Positions 15,149-27,475 of a DNA stretch of 64,000 nucleotides are shown here, piece after piece. The notes beneath the pieces were generated by a model that was given only the letters and a program-made list of their open reading frames with translations, was not told the origin of the DNA and searched no databases. Made by a program: the position numbers and the translations under genes. Source of the stretch: Octopus vulgaris (lineage: Eukaryota); contig OX597824.1 of NCBI GenBank assembly GCA_951406725.2, positions 2,232,001 through 2,296,000 of the forward strand, given 5' to 3'. Positions within the stretch are counted from its first letter, which is position 1; each line of letters opens with the position of its first letter.

Positions 15149-15495
15149 CAGACATCCATATGTTTTTGTATAGTAAAAGAAAATATGGGTAGAAAAATAA
15201 ATTCGAGACAGAGAAACGAAGTAGCTCTAACTAAACCATAAAAGACAGCAGACACGCGGAAGCTGAAATTTGATTTGGAAAGAGTTATACGAAAGAAATA
15301 AACAAATCATTAAACATTAATTTCCTGCGTGTAATGAGGCATGAACGGATAAATTGCTTGCTGACAGAATTCACTGAGTGACTGTTTAATATTACAAGCG
15401 ATGTTCGTTCTGTACATGAGCACGAATGTTTACAAGGCTCTCTCATTCTCTTTATAATCCTATACAGTAAAGAGATGAGTGTACATGAGTGATAC

Positions 15496-15683
<188 letters not shown>

Positions 15684-15827
15684 CAAACTGGGACAAGAAC
15701 GCAAAACATTTAGAAGGCGATACAAAAAAACACGGATGGGAGATTCGAAGCCTTCAATCTTCAGTCAAGAACCGGATCATCCTCGCAATTTCGGCTGATT
15801 AATCTTGTATGTATACATATTATATAT

Positions 15828-15883
<56 letters not shown>

Positions 15884-15886
<3 letters not shown>

Positions 15887-17010
15887 TTCAGTAAAAGTTA
15901 GATTCAGTTACTTAAGGGAAAGGCAACAGAATGGAGTAAGAGAGCAGAGTATGGCAGAAGCCACAGCAACTCAAAATAAAACTGGTGGAACGTCCCCGTG
16001 AAAACCTCCGTATAATATAAACACAATGGACCTAACATAATGATTTCGGACAGAGAAGAATAAATCTGTACAGTTGCACAACTCAGTTGCCCAGTTGATG
16101 TTAACATAAAACAAAAGGTCAACGAAAAAGAAAATACCTACGATGAACTACTGAATGACTTGCAGTTACTCTATTCAGATTACAAGTTTAAGTTTATACC
16201 TGTAATTATTGAGGCCCTGGTATATGTAATACACTGCCTACATACCAATCTTGAGAAATTAGGCTTCTCGAACCCAGAAAGAAGGAAGCTGATTCGAAGA
16301 CTACAGATTCAATCCATCACTGGAACAGTAAAAATTTGTAAAACATTTCAGAAGTTCATCGTTTATGAGCATGTCTTGATGTGCAAGCATATGCTTGAGA
16401 AGGCATATATAAGTAAATATACAAATCTGCACTTATACATACGTACGTACTTATGTACGTACATACAGACATGCATACATACATATGGAATATGTAACAC
16501 ACTGCCTAAATACCAATCTTGAGAAATTAGGCTTCTCAAAACCAGAAACGAGAAAGATAATTCGAAGACTACAGATCCAAGTCATCGCTGGAACTGTAAA
16601 AATCTGTAAAACTTTCTAGAAGTTTATCATTTAAATATATATGAGCATGTCTAGATATGCAACTATATGCATGAGAATACATACATAAAACATACAAATC
16701 TGCGTATACATACATACATACATACATACATACATACATACATACATACATACATACATACATACATACAAAATACCCTGTTGTTGATGTTGCAATTAAA
16801 ATGAAGAAGTCTTGGATCTAAGTTAGAAACCGGTTCTTTTGCTATTGGCAAGCAAACTTGAAATAAATTGAATAATAACATACGTATATATACACACAAA
16901 CATACATACAAAAGCACCCATTGATGTTGCTGAAATTCCAATAAAGGACCTTGGATTTAGGTTAGAAACCGGCTCTTTCTGTATTGGCAAGAACTCTTGA
17001 AATAAATAAT
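15884..17010 (+). mobile_element. R4/Dong-clade LINE 3' end (restriction-like endonuclease) with duplicated tail
   Basis: WWNVPVKTSV*YKHNGPNIMISDREE*ICTVAQLSCPVDVNIKQKVNEKENTY..FIPVIIEAL (decayed RPD..E..P motif); 16222-16440 is repeated at about 16490-16710 and 16770-16865 at about 16910-17005. Confidence 0.8.
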
Positions 17011-17015
17011 GGCAG

Positions 17016-17069
<54 letters not shown>

Positions 17070-17072
17070 TAT

Positions 17073-17135
<63 letters not shown>

Positions 17136-18396
17136 CATACATACATACATACATGCATACATACATACATACATACATACATACATACATACATACATAC
17201 ATACATACATACATACATACATACATACGTACAACTCTGTCTAATTTAATATTTGCATGATCACGGAAGGTAGCCAATTGAAAGTAATAGCAGATTAGAA
17301 GATGTCTGCAGAGAATGGTGTTAAATTTATGTCAATATCCGCGAAGTTCAAATCCGTGTCGATAAATTATGTGGCCATACATTTCCACTTGGTGATCTCT
17401 ATTACAAAAATTGCCCTCGTACCAAGCGAAACCATTAATTATTAATCGTTATTCTTAACTAGAAAAATTGCGTGAGCCAGCTCGTTATTGAAACGTGTGT
17501 GTATTAGAGTTCTAATAATGGCAGAATAAGCACTTTATTTCATTTTCTCTTGAACGGGAACACTTATATATAATAATTACATTATTCATATACTCCTAGA
17601 TTTACGTAGTCTGGTTGCTATTATTAACGTTAACGAGAAAAGCAATCTACCGTTCTCCTTGGTCAACTATCACCAAGATACGATTAATGGCGCTACACGA
17701 ATACAGGGACCTTATAATTTTGTCTTGAAAAGAGCGTTTTGTTTTGTTCTTGCTCTTCTCTTCAACATGCCTATTAGTATACTATCGTTCAAAATTATTC
17801 CAACTAATACAAGGATCCCCAAGAACACATCAGGATACGTGTAACATCTATATTCTTAAACGTTCACACATATGCACATCTAAGTATGAGCGTTTGTGTG
17901 TGTATATACATACACATTTATATAATGTAAGTTTACAGGAATATACTATCCAGGCGGATATCGTGGTAGCTTTCAGTTATGTTCCAGGTTATAGCTAACC
18001 ACATCGATTAGTATTTAAGGTCTAGGACTAATAAAAGTTATCGCTCACGCTGTTAATAACTCTGATGGGTAATTACGCCTTCCCTTCACTGGATGGTAAT
18101 GTTGTCTGGAGTGTGTATCAGTAATAATTACAATGATAAAGAATATGAAGTCAGGTACGTCCTCAAAATGTATAACCTTTTATTTTACAATGTCATTCAG
18201 CACGTTTTCATGGGTACGACCGCCACCTACACGTGTTCCCACTGCACAGCGTATGGGCTGTTGCATATGTAACCCCGGGGAGGATTTTCTGTGCAGCTTC
18301 ATTCAAGGTCTTTCACACAGCTTGGTTCCAAATAAAAGGAAATAAATTTTGAGGAAGCGCCAGCCGCCATATTCTTTGTCATTATAATCATTGATC

Positions 18397-18440
<44 letters not shown>

Positions 18441-18814
18441 CTACACACACACACACACACACAAGCACATATTTATGTATATAATTTCACAGTTTGATTC
18501 GGTCCATTATGACTCAGAATTTCGCAGGTCTCTAACAGGAGCCCACCACATTCACATTTTAGATTACCGAAAGGGGGGAATCAGGAATTCCAAGGTGGCT
18601 ACTGGAATTTATCCAGCTATTGTTCAAGACAGGTCACATGATGTTGTGAAAGAATACCGGTTGCTTAGCGACGGCAGTTCATTTAAAGAAAAGGGGAATT
18701 TCCGACAGGAAGCTTGTGGTGCCTGGATGGCTGTGTGTAACAGACATAAGCCTGGAAAGTGAATAAGAGATGTATAAGTACGTGGATGCAGACGTGTTGC
18801 TGGTTGTATGACTT

Positions 18815-19075
<261 letters not shown>

Positions 19076-19091
19076 AGAGAGAGAGAGAAAC

Positions 19092-19125
<34 letters not shown>

Positions 19126-19299
19126 GAAGTCAGAGAGTAAATGCTGTTACCAATTTTACGTGTCTGTTCGATGCTGAACAAATGTTACTGTATTTGAAAC
19201 CCAAGAAAACAACTTTTTCCCGCCGACTAACGACACACAACCTGTTTCTGTTTTATTGTGAGCAAGGGGGCGAACCGCTCCCACTCTAGCAAAGCAAAA

Positions 19300-19346
19300 C
19301 CAGTATACCGGCCGGCTTCTAGGTACCTTCCCGTCCTCAGTACTGG
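19300..19346 (-). ncRNA. type I hammerhead ribozyme (family C, left arm)
   Basis: CCAGUA-CUGAGGA-CGGGAAGGUACCUA-GAAGCCGGCCGGUA-UACUGG; 6-bp stem I; palindromic stem III; A15.1G change. Confidence 0.6.
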
Positions 19347-19494
19347 ATGTTTTGCATTGCTAACTATGTGAATGCCTTTTAGATATTTAAAACCTGTAAC
19401 TTTAGCTCGTTGTAAGATCAGCTACTTATGGCCACTCCTTTGTTTATATATTGCGAGCAAGGACCAATAGCTGCCATCTCTAGCAGGCAAACAT

Positions 19495-19537
19495 CCAGTG
19501 CTGAGGACGAGAAGAAGCCCTGAAACCGATCTACTGG
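19495..19537 (+). ncRNA. type I hammerhead ribozyme (family C, right arm)
   Basis: CCAGUG-CUGAGGA-CGAGAAGAAGCCCU-GAAACCGAUC-UACUGG; 6-bp stem I; stems II and III eroded. Confidence 0.6.
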
Positions 19538-19897
19538 GTTTACTTTGCTGGAGTGTGAGTGGATCGATCCCTTGCTCACAATAAAACAGACACAAGTTGT
19601 TTGTCGTTAGCCAGCGAGGAAAATGTTAAAACATAGTAACATTTGTTCTGCATGGAACAGTCACGTAAAAGTGATTGCAACCATTACTATTTCATATTAT
19701 TACTATGTGAATCTCTTTCAGAGATTTAAAACCAGCTTCTCTATATATGAACAGGGTGTGTGAAAAGTAAGTAGGCATTAAAATTGGTTATAAAACCAAT
19801 ATTCCTTTTTACAAATTCACTGAAGCAAATGATACATGCTCTTAATTATACAGGAAAATGAAAGTAATCTTCATATTTCAACGTAAGCACCGTAAGA

Positions 19898-19947
<50 letters not shown>

Positions 19948-20029
19948 CTATTAGCATATATAAACATCTGTATATAAGTGCGCGTGTGCATGCACACATA
20001 CAGACACGTGCGCACACATACACACATAT

Positions 20030-20420
20030 ATATAATTAAGTTAGGTGTTAAATAAACACCTATATGGTATCAAATATCGAAAGAACTTACTGGTTATTTA
20101 CCCATATAAATAACCTTCTTATGAACAACCACTCATAACAGATAGGTAAAGAGTAAACAAGCAGGTTATCTAAATATTAAGATGAATTAGAAATGGAAAG
20201 AAATTATAAAATTCAATAATTAAATACTTTAATCATTAAATGAGAAATTGAATTAATTTTTTTTTAATGTCTATAGAAAGATATGACAACTCTAGTTACT
20301 GCTGTTTCCACATCATTAACTAACAAGGATTTTTTTTCTAAAACTTGAAAATAGCGTTTTAAATCCGATGAGGTTTCATCAGGCAGCCATATCTTGCAAA
20401 TTATTTTTCGAAAGTAACAG
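20030..20420 (-). mobile_element. PLE-terminus-like AT-rich repeat with degenerate HHR
   Basis: minus strand CUGAUGA (about 20381-20375) ... GAAACAGCAGUA (about 20307-20296); stem I weak. Confidence 0.4.
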
Positions 20421-21132
20421 GTTAATAGTTTCATAATTTTAAACGCCTTAAATAAAAAAAAAACCCTGAAATATCGTAAATTCTTTAATTCAAATCTATT
20501 AGTCTCTAGTTCTATAACCGAATTTGTTACATAATATACGCATTTATATATAAATGTTTATATATACACACACTCATCCCCATATTTACACATGTATATA
20601 TATATAAACATGCATACGTACATACACACACACACACACATATATAGGCATATTTCCAAACGTGTACTCACAGTCACACACACACACACACACACACAAA
20701 CACATATATGTGTGTGTGTGTGTGTGTGTGTACATATATTTAATTTTTTATAGAACTTCTTATCTTCTTTCTTGGAGCTCTAAAGGAATAGAAATGCTTT
20801 CAGTGATGCCCGACTCTATCCTTTTCCACTATTTTCCCCATCCTAAAAGAGGTTACCATCCTTGAATACTACAAACAGGACCGACTAAAAACAAACTAAA
20901 CATTAAAAATAAATACTGGGGTTGATTTTCCCGGCTAAAATCTCCAAGACGTTTCCCACCATGGATGCAGTCCTATGGCTGAAGCACAAAAAATAAAAGA
21001 TGAATTATTGAATGCTTTTCGGGGGTTTGATTGTATATACACAAGGGAAGAATCTGTTTTAGTTTACATCAGGATACGTAGATACGTATTTACTTAGGAA
21101 AACGCTATCACTAGAAATATTCAATATTATAG

Positions 21133-21166
<34 letters not shown>

Positions 21167-21392
21167 GAAATATTAAAATAACTAAGTCTCTCTAAAAGAG
21201 AACAGCGGCAGCGTTCCCGGAAAATAATAGTTATCGCCATACTAATATGGCATTCTTATAAAAATAAGAATAAAGCTGTCCGCTTATTAGCTCCATGAGG
21301 CCATCGCCTTAAGTTAGCTATTTGATACACAAACTGTATCCATATAACCTTCGAACAAGGGAGGTCAGTCGCTCCACACTACTTGACCGGCA

Positions 21393-21434
21393 GCTACAGA
21401 CGCGTTTCGGGGTATTGCCCCTTTTCAATGCAGC
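21393..21434 (-). ncRNA. type I hammerhead ribozyme, U3-A8 variant
   Basis: exact reverse complement of 21799-21840. Confidence 0.8.
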
Positions 21435-21798
21435 GTAGCCAGCCAGTAGGTGTCGCTTCCGACAATCTCTGTTCGATGGTTTTATTTACCTAGTTTCGGT
21501 GGAATACATCCACTTGTTTTCAATAATAGAAATATTAAAATAACTAAGTCTCTCTAACTTAAGGCGATGGCCTCATGGAGCTAATAAGCGGACAGCTTTT
21601 TTCTTATTTTTATAAGAATGCCATATTAGTATGGCGATAACTATTATTTTCCGGGAACGCTGCCGCTGTTCTCTTTTAGAGAGACTTAGTTATTTTAATA
21701 TTTCTATTATTGAAAACAAGTGGATGTATTCCACCGAAAGTAGGTAAATAAAACCATCGAACAGAGATTGTCGGAAGCGACACCTACTGGCTGGCTAC

Positions 21799-21840
21799 GC
21801 TGCATTGAAAAGGGGCAATACCCCGAAACGCGTCTGTAGC
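21799..21840 (+). ncRNA. type I hammerhead ribozyme, U3-A8 variant
   Basis: GCUGCA-UUGAAAA-GGGG(CAAUA)CCCC-GAAAC-GC-GUC-UGUAGC; predicted cleavage after C21834. Confidence 0.8.
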
Positions 21841-22003
21841 TGCCGGTCAAGTAGTGTGGAGCGACTGACCTCCCTTGTTCGAAGGTTATATGGATACAGT
21901 TTGTGTATCAAATAGCTAACTTAAGGCGATGGCCTCATGGAGCTAATAAGCGGACAGCTTTTTTCTTATTTTTATAAGAATGCCATATTAGTATGGCGAT
22001 AAC

Positions 22004-22089
<86 letters not shown>

Positions 22090-22368
22090 ATATATATATA
22101 ACATTGTGACTTGACTGGAGAATTCTGGAAACGTCTTTTTATAATTTTTTTATGGTATCACTTCTCATGATAATATTCCCAGAGTACGATTCATTCATGT
22201 GCACAAGTCGTTGATATTACTGCAATGAGAAAGATAATTTTACTCAAGCATTCATTTTAGAAAATCTACATAAACAAGTATGCTATCAAGAAGCTATTTC
22301 TCTCCAGCTTGTTTAACCAAATGAAGATTTAAAATAAACATTGATTTTAAATATATTCACGTAAGCAG

Positions 22369-22607
22369 TATTAGGTTGTCAGATAAATTCATGGGTAGTT
22401 TTCTACTTGGCACTCCATCATCATGTGTCTGAAAAGAGATAAGATTTTTTTCAAATTTCAAAAACGATAGACAAAAGTTTTAGAGATAAAATTGAGCTAT
22501 AAAATAACATGAAACGCAGCGATAGAAATAGTTTCCGTATTAATCAAAGAGCCATGGAAAGGATTAAAATAAATGGAGGGAAAATGAATTTATCTGACCA
22601 CTGAATA
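22369..22607. mobile_element. mariner-type MITE
   Basis: TA-TTAGGTTGTCAGATAAATTCAT ... ATGAATTTATCTGACCACTGAA-TA; 24-bp inverted ends including the TA, 3 mismatches. Confidence 0.75.
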
Positions 22608-23253
22608 ATTTTGAAAGATGCATGCAAATTCTTTCGTAAATATAGATTGCATTTGATACAAAAAACGATACTTACATAGGGAATACGAGCAAATTATGGC
22701 TGAGAAAATTTTTGTCGTCGAATAAGGCAATTGACTGTCAGTGGATGCCCGTGATTTGAAAAGATCACGTGGTTTGATATCCTCTATATATCAATTTAAT
22801 ACACATATCAACACGTATAAAAAATAATTTTACTATTGTGTTAAATACTGGGTGATTACCGCCGTTAATTAACTTTTCGTGATGTAATTTTATTAAGTAT
22901 GATACATAGTGGGCTTTTTTAATGTAATATGGACTCTGTTGCTAGTAACGAATTTTATTTCAGCCTGGCACCTAGCTCCAGCATCAGTGACATTTCATTA
23001 TTATTTTTTCTATATTAGAGTCAATGGATTTTGTCTTAGCATATGATTGACACTTGATAAGTGATACTGTCAATGCCCATGGGAGCAGAAATACACATCT
23101 AACTTCATCACAGCTACTAATGGCTGATACTACTAATATCGTTCCCAAATGTACTACAGAACCAATAGTACATTTGGGAACGATATTATCTCCGGAATAA
23201 CACGGTTGATTTGACTTTTCGCAACGTATCTGTATTAGGTATGATACGCGCGC

Positions 23254-23287
<34 letters not shown>

Positions 23288-23291
23288 GCGC

Positions 23292-23334
<43 letters not shown>

Positions 23335-23336
<2 letters not shown>

Positions 23337-23460
23337 GAAGTAAGCACATAAATGAGAAACAAGGTGGAAAAAAGAGTACTCAAATACCAGCGGTAGAGTA
23401 GTGTGCTTTATTTAAAAGCAGCAGAAATATAGTTATATTTCTGCTGCTTTTAAATAAAGT
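23335..23460. repeat. short insertion in (TA)n ending in a perfect 26-bp palindrome
   Basis: 23406-23431 and 23434-23459 are exact reverse complements with a 2-nt spacer. Confidence 0.9.
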
Positions 23461-23480
23461 ATATATATATATATATATAT

Positions 23481-23748
23481 ATACTAAGTAATTAAGGGTT
23501 TAGCAACGAATTGCCTCACCAACACACCGAATTTAGAAATAGCAGTCAAAGAGATATAGCTATTCCTTCTACTCTTTGACTGCTATTTCTAAATTCGGTG
23601 TGTTGGTGAGGCAATTCGTTGCTAAACCCTTAATTACTTAGTATTACTTAAATTTTCCTCGAATGGGGCTTTTACATGCCGAAATCTACTTGGTGTAATT
23701 GATGATTATTCCAAATTAATTAATTTCACCCTTTATTATTACTGATAA

Positions 23749-23750
<2 letters not shown>
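23481..23750. repeat. fold-back insertion in (TA)n with perfect 73-bp arms
   Basis: 23481-23553 and 23572-23644 are exact reverse complements with an 18-nt spacer; right arm runs on about 105 nt to the next (TA)n. Confidence 0.9.
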
Positions 23751-23799
<49 letters not shown>

Positions 23800-25149
23800 G
23801 TTGGAAAAAAGAGAGATCCAATGGTTATGAATGAATGAATTAATTAATCAATAGATTAGTCAACAAGTGTTTCATTTCTCAAATAAGATTAAAATTGCAA
23901 AACATATGAGCATATAATTTTGCATTTTAAATACCTAATAAGGAAAATTGTCAGGTTTTTCAGGGTACAATAAAGATTGCATTAGGATACTTTCGGAATA
24001 TACAGGTGATATAAATATGTTTAATATGCGTGTATGTATATGTGTATATGTACACGCCCATCTATGTGTATATGTATGTGCGTATGTTTGTGCGCATGTG
24101 TGTTTGAGTGTATACATATGTATACACGCCCATCTATGTGTGTATGTGTGTATGTGTGTGTGCATGTGTGTGTGTGTATATATAGAGGGATGGATAGCTA
24201 GCTAGAAAGATAGACTTATGCATAGATACATGTAAATGTAAGTCGCTAATGAACATGGCTCAATTTTATATAGTGAATAATTATGAATAATTAATATTGT
24301 TCTTTGATGATTTAATGTTCGGCGCTTTCTAATAGTTTACGTTTCATCTTTTCAGTTAGATCTCGTGAATGTCATAAATATTCAGAAGAAAAAAAAGACA
24401 AATGGAATATATCGAAATATGACTAAATTAGATTTCTGAAGATTCATCGAACAAATCCGTAAATAATATTTTGCCGACTGCGGTATACTCTTCCCACGTG
24501 TTAATCTTATTTTTCATACTTAATTCTCAACGAGTAACACTATTTCTCTCTTCAGATGTAGCATAAGACGTGGAACTCACTCTTCCCATCAATAAAAGAA
24601 TAGCAGAATTCTTGTATTCTTCATCAATTTTCTGTTGCGAGTTTCAGTCAGCTGGTTGACATTGCAAAGTGCTATCTTGTCTTACAGATAACAAAATCAT
24701 TTTATTTAAGAATTATTTCTAGAAATTCATAAATATTAGTATTCCATCCAATATTTTTCTCGCACTTGCTTAAAACTAGGAAAATTCCTTTGACTCTGTT
24801 ACGTCTGTTACATATACAGACACAAACAGATTAATTACATGTATTTATTTTTATGTGTGATTTGTTTCAGTCATTGGACAGCACCCTTAAAGTGTTTTAG
24901 TCGGAAAAAAGGACCATTTCCAGTACTTGTGTTAACTGCTAATTATTCTATGTCTTACCAAATCGCCATGTTGCGAGAATGAAAATAAACCAGCACCGGT
25001 TGTCAAGCGATGGCGGTTGGGTCACAAATAGTCAGAGGCACAGAGATAGACACACACGCGCACGCATTTCCAATTGTTGTTGGAACGGTAACTATAGACT
25101 GGGTTACTTGTATCTTGGTCTGCCTTTTCAGTTAAGGACCAACGTGGCG

Positions 25150-25800
25150 ATTTTAGGGACATTTCCCTATTGCCTAGTTGTTGTCTAAGCCATAGCACGT
25201 GGCCTTTTCGAACGGCTTAATAAGTACATTATAGCAACTGCAGGGAAAATGAATCGAACAGAACCTCGCCTTCAACCAAATATTTGTTGATTTCGGTAAC
25301 GCATTCGGCACTCTTAACAGGAGTGCTTTATGGCTGTCTTTTCCCCATATTTGGATGCGCTCAAAGCTTATGGATATATTGAAAGCACTCCTAAGAATAT
25401 GAAAACCAGAGGCAAGTTTGAGGACACAGTCTCTGAATTTTTTCAGTGATGAGTAGTATAAAATAGGGAGAACTCGATGCACCTACTCTCTTTGCAATAT
25501 ACTTTGCTGCCATGTACTTCTATGCTGTCCAATACAAATATGTGGCAGGTTATATCTAAGATATCAGACCACAGGACGTGTCTTGTATTTAGCAAGGATG
25601 AAATTTAAAAGCAAAATATTCACCTCACTAAGAGACCATCTGTAGGCTAATGAACGCAACCATGTTGGTCATTTGGAGCACGGCCTGTGATCGTTGGTTT
25701 CTACATTTCAATTGGCATGTGATACCCTGGACTTGACTATGAATTAAAAGAAAACACTAATTCTTTGTGAACCTGCATCTATACTCCTTTGAAACGTGTT
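25150..25800 (+). mobile_element. RTE (BovB-like) LINE reverse transcriptase fragment (pseudogenised)
   Basis: IEQNLAFNQIFVDFGNAFGTLNRSALW, SSIK*GELDAPTLFAIYFAAM, LYLRYQTTGRVLYLARMK..LRDHL*ANE, FQLACDTLDLTMN*KKT match RTE RT motifs in order. Confidence 0.85.
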
Positions 25801-25931
25801 ACAAACATCTCATCAGACTCCTCGAACGATTTCATTAAAAAGGTAATACACGGGTAGTATAATGGATACCTTTATAGCTGAGACGGTTATTTTAACTTGC
25901 ATCTCAACCAAACTTATATATATACATACAT

Positions 25932-26023
<92 letters not shown>

Positions 26024-26025
26024 AC

Positions 26026-26059
<34 letters not shown>

Positions 26060-26062
26060 CAC

Positions 26063-26105
<43 letters not shown>

Positions 26106-26412
26106 CACAGGAACATGAATGCGCTTGCAGAGAGTTTCTCCTCTACCGAAAAATTGTGTCTTCACCTCACCGCTAAGGGTAAGGAGAAGACACTTGCTGA
26201 ATCATAGTAACGTGATTGAAACGAACGCTACGAGCAGCTTAACCTCAGCCACTGCACCGCGTTCGTCTTGTCTTTTGGGATTGAGTTCATCCTTATAAAT
26301 ATTTGGGATATATGTGCACATGCATTGATTCACATGTGCGTGTGTGTGCTGTGTGTGTATGTGAGTTGGTCTGTGCGTGTGTATATTGGTTTGTATCTGT
26401 GTGTGTATATAT

Positions 26413-26445
<33 letters not shown>

Positions 26446-26525
26446 TATATACACATATATGTATTTTACTTTAACAGAAAAATGGTGACTGACTTCGAAG
26501 GTATGTCCTATTATACACAGACATA

Positions 26526-26575
<50 letters not shown>

Positions 26576-27371
26576 TGCACCTATCTACTCATCAATACAT
26601 ACATACATACATACATTTATTACGCATACACACACATATGATTGATAGGGTGATCTAGTGATATTAATCACGTCGGTTAAATGTCATTAGTGGACGGGAC
26701 AATACTCTGACGTCACTGCTGACATTCCGAAACTATTTTCTACATCCTTCCCTTGAGCATCGCAAGCAACAAATTGAATACAGAAGCAAACGCCTGCAGG
26801 CTACTTGATGTCTTTATCTTTGAGCTGGAAACAGAAACGGTTCTACTTACATAGTTTAATTGTTCTGGCGAAGAACTGTTCATGTTATAAATATCCGTTG
26901 AAGTATCGGTATTGTAATCTATTTCTAATGGATATTGATGCAAACCCAAGCAGTATGATTCGAGGAGATTTTGGTAGGTCTGCGTTGTAAAATGAAGCGG
27001 TTAAATGTGACTGGTGTTATTGAGCAGACATCAATGAAACAAACCGACAAACAAGTCTCAAAGCAGCACGTTTATAATTATTTGCGATTCACAAATCACC
27101 AAGAATTAAGCAAGGAAAGAGAGGCATTTGTTGTGTTATAGATTCGCGATCTACAAACAAAGATTACGCTGTAGTTTGTACATACTTAAAATAATTAGAG
27201 ATAACAAACTATCCGTTTCAAATACATAGGTGTCTTCTTGCTTAATTGCACAAGTCATTGATACGGCACGGCGTTTTTCTTCATTGATTAGCGCAGTTTG
27301 GATGCATTAATATGCTCACATATGACATACATAAATGCTTATATATATATATATATATATATATACGCCGT

Positions 27372-27475
27372 TGGATATTCCATAAGCTTCAGCCATCCAT
27401 GAGTCTGATATTAATTCACCAAATGGATATTTCATGAGCTTAAACCATCCGCGTGTCTGGTATTAATACACCAAT
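27372..27475. repeat. diverged 52-bp tandem duplication
   Basis: TGGATATT.CAT.AGCTT.A.CCATCC..G.GTCTG.TATTAAT.CACCAA twice. Confidence 0.8.

Larger units (their letters stand above)
19140..19735. mobile_element. older fold-back element carrying two opposed hammerheads (family C)
   Basis: diverged inverted arms at about 19140-19352 and 19489-19685; direct repeat ACTATGTGAAT..TTTAAAACC near 19363 and 19702. Confidence 0.75.
21161..22009. mobile_element. young head-to-head insertion of a 362-nt hammerhead-containing non-coding unit (retrozyme-like or non-autonomous PLE)
   Basis: left arm 21161-21557 (minus) and right arm 21554-22009 (plus), each with a 362-nt period; about 2 differences between arms; (TA)n on both sides. 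Confidence 0.9.
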
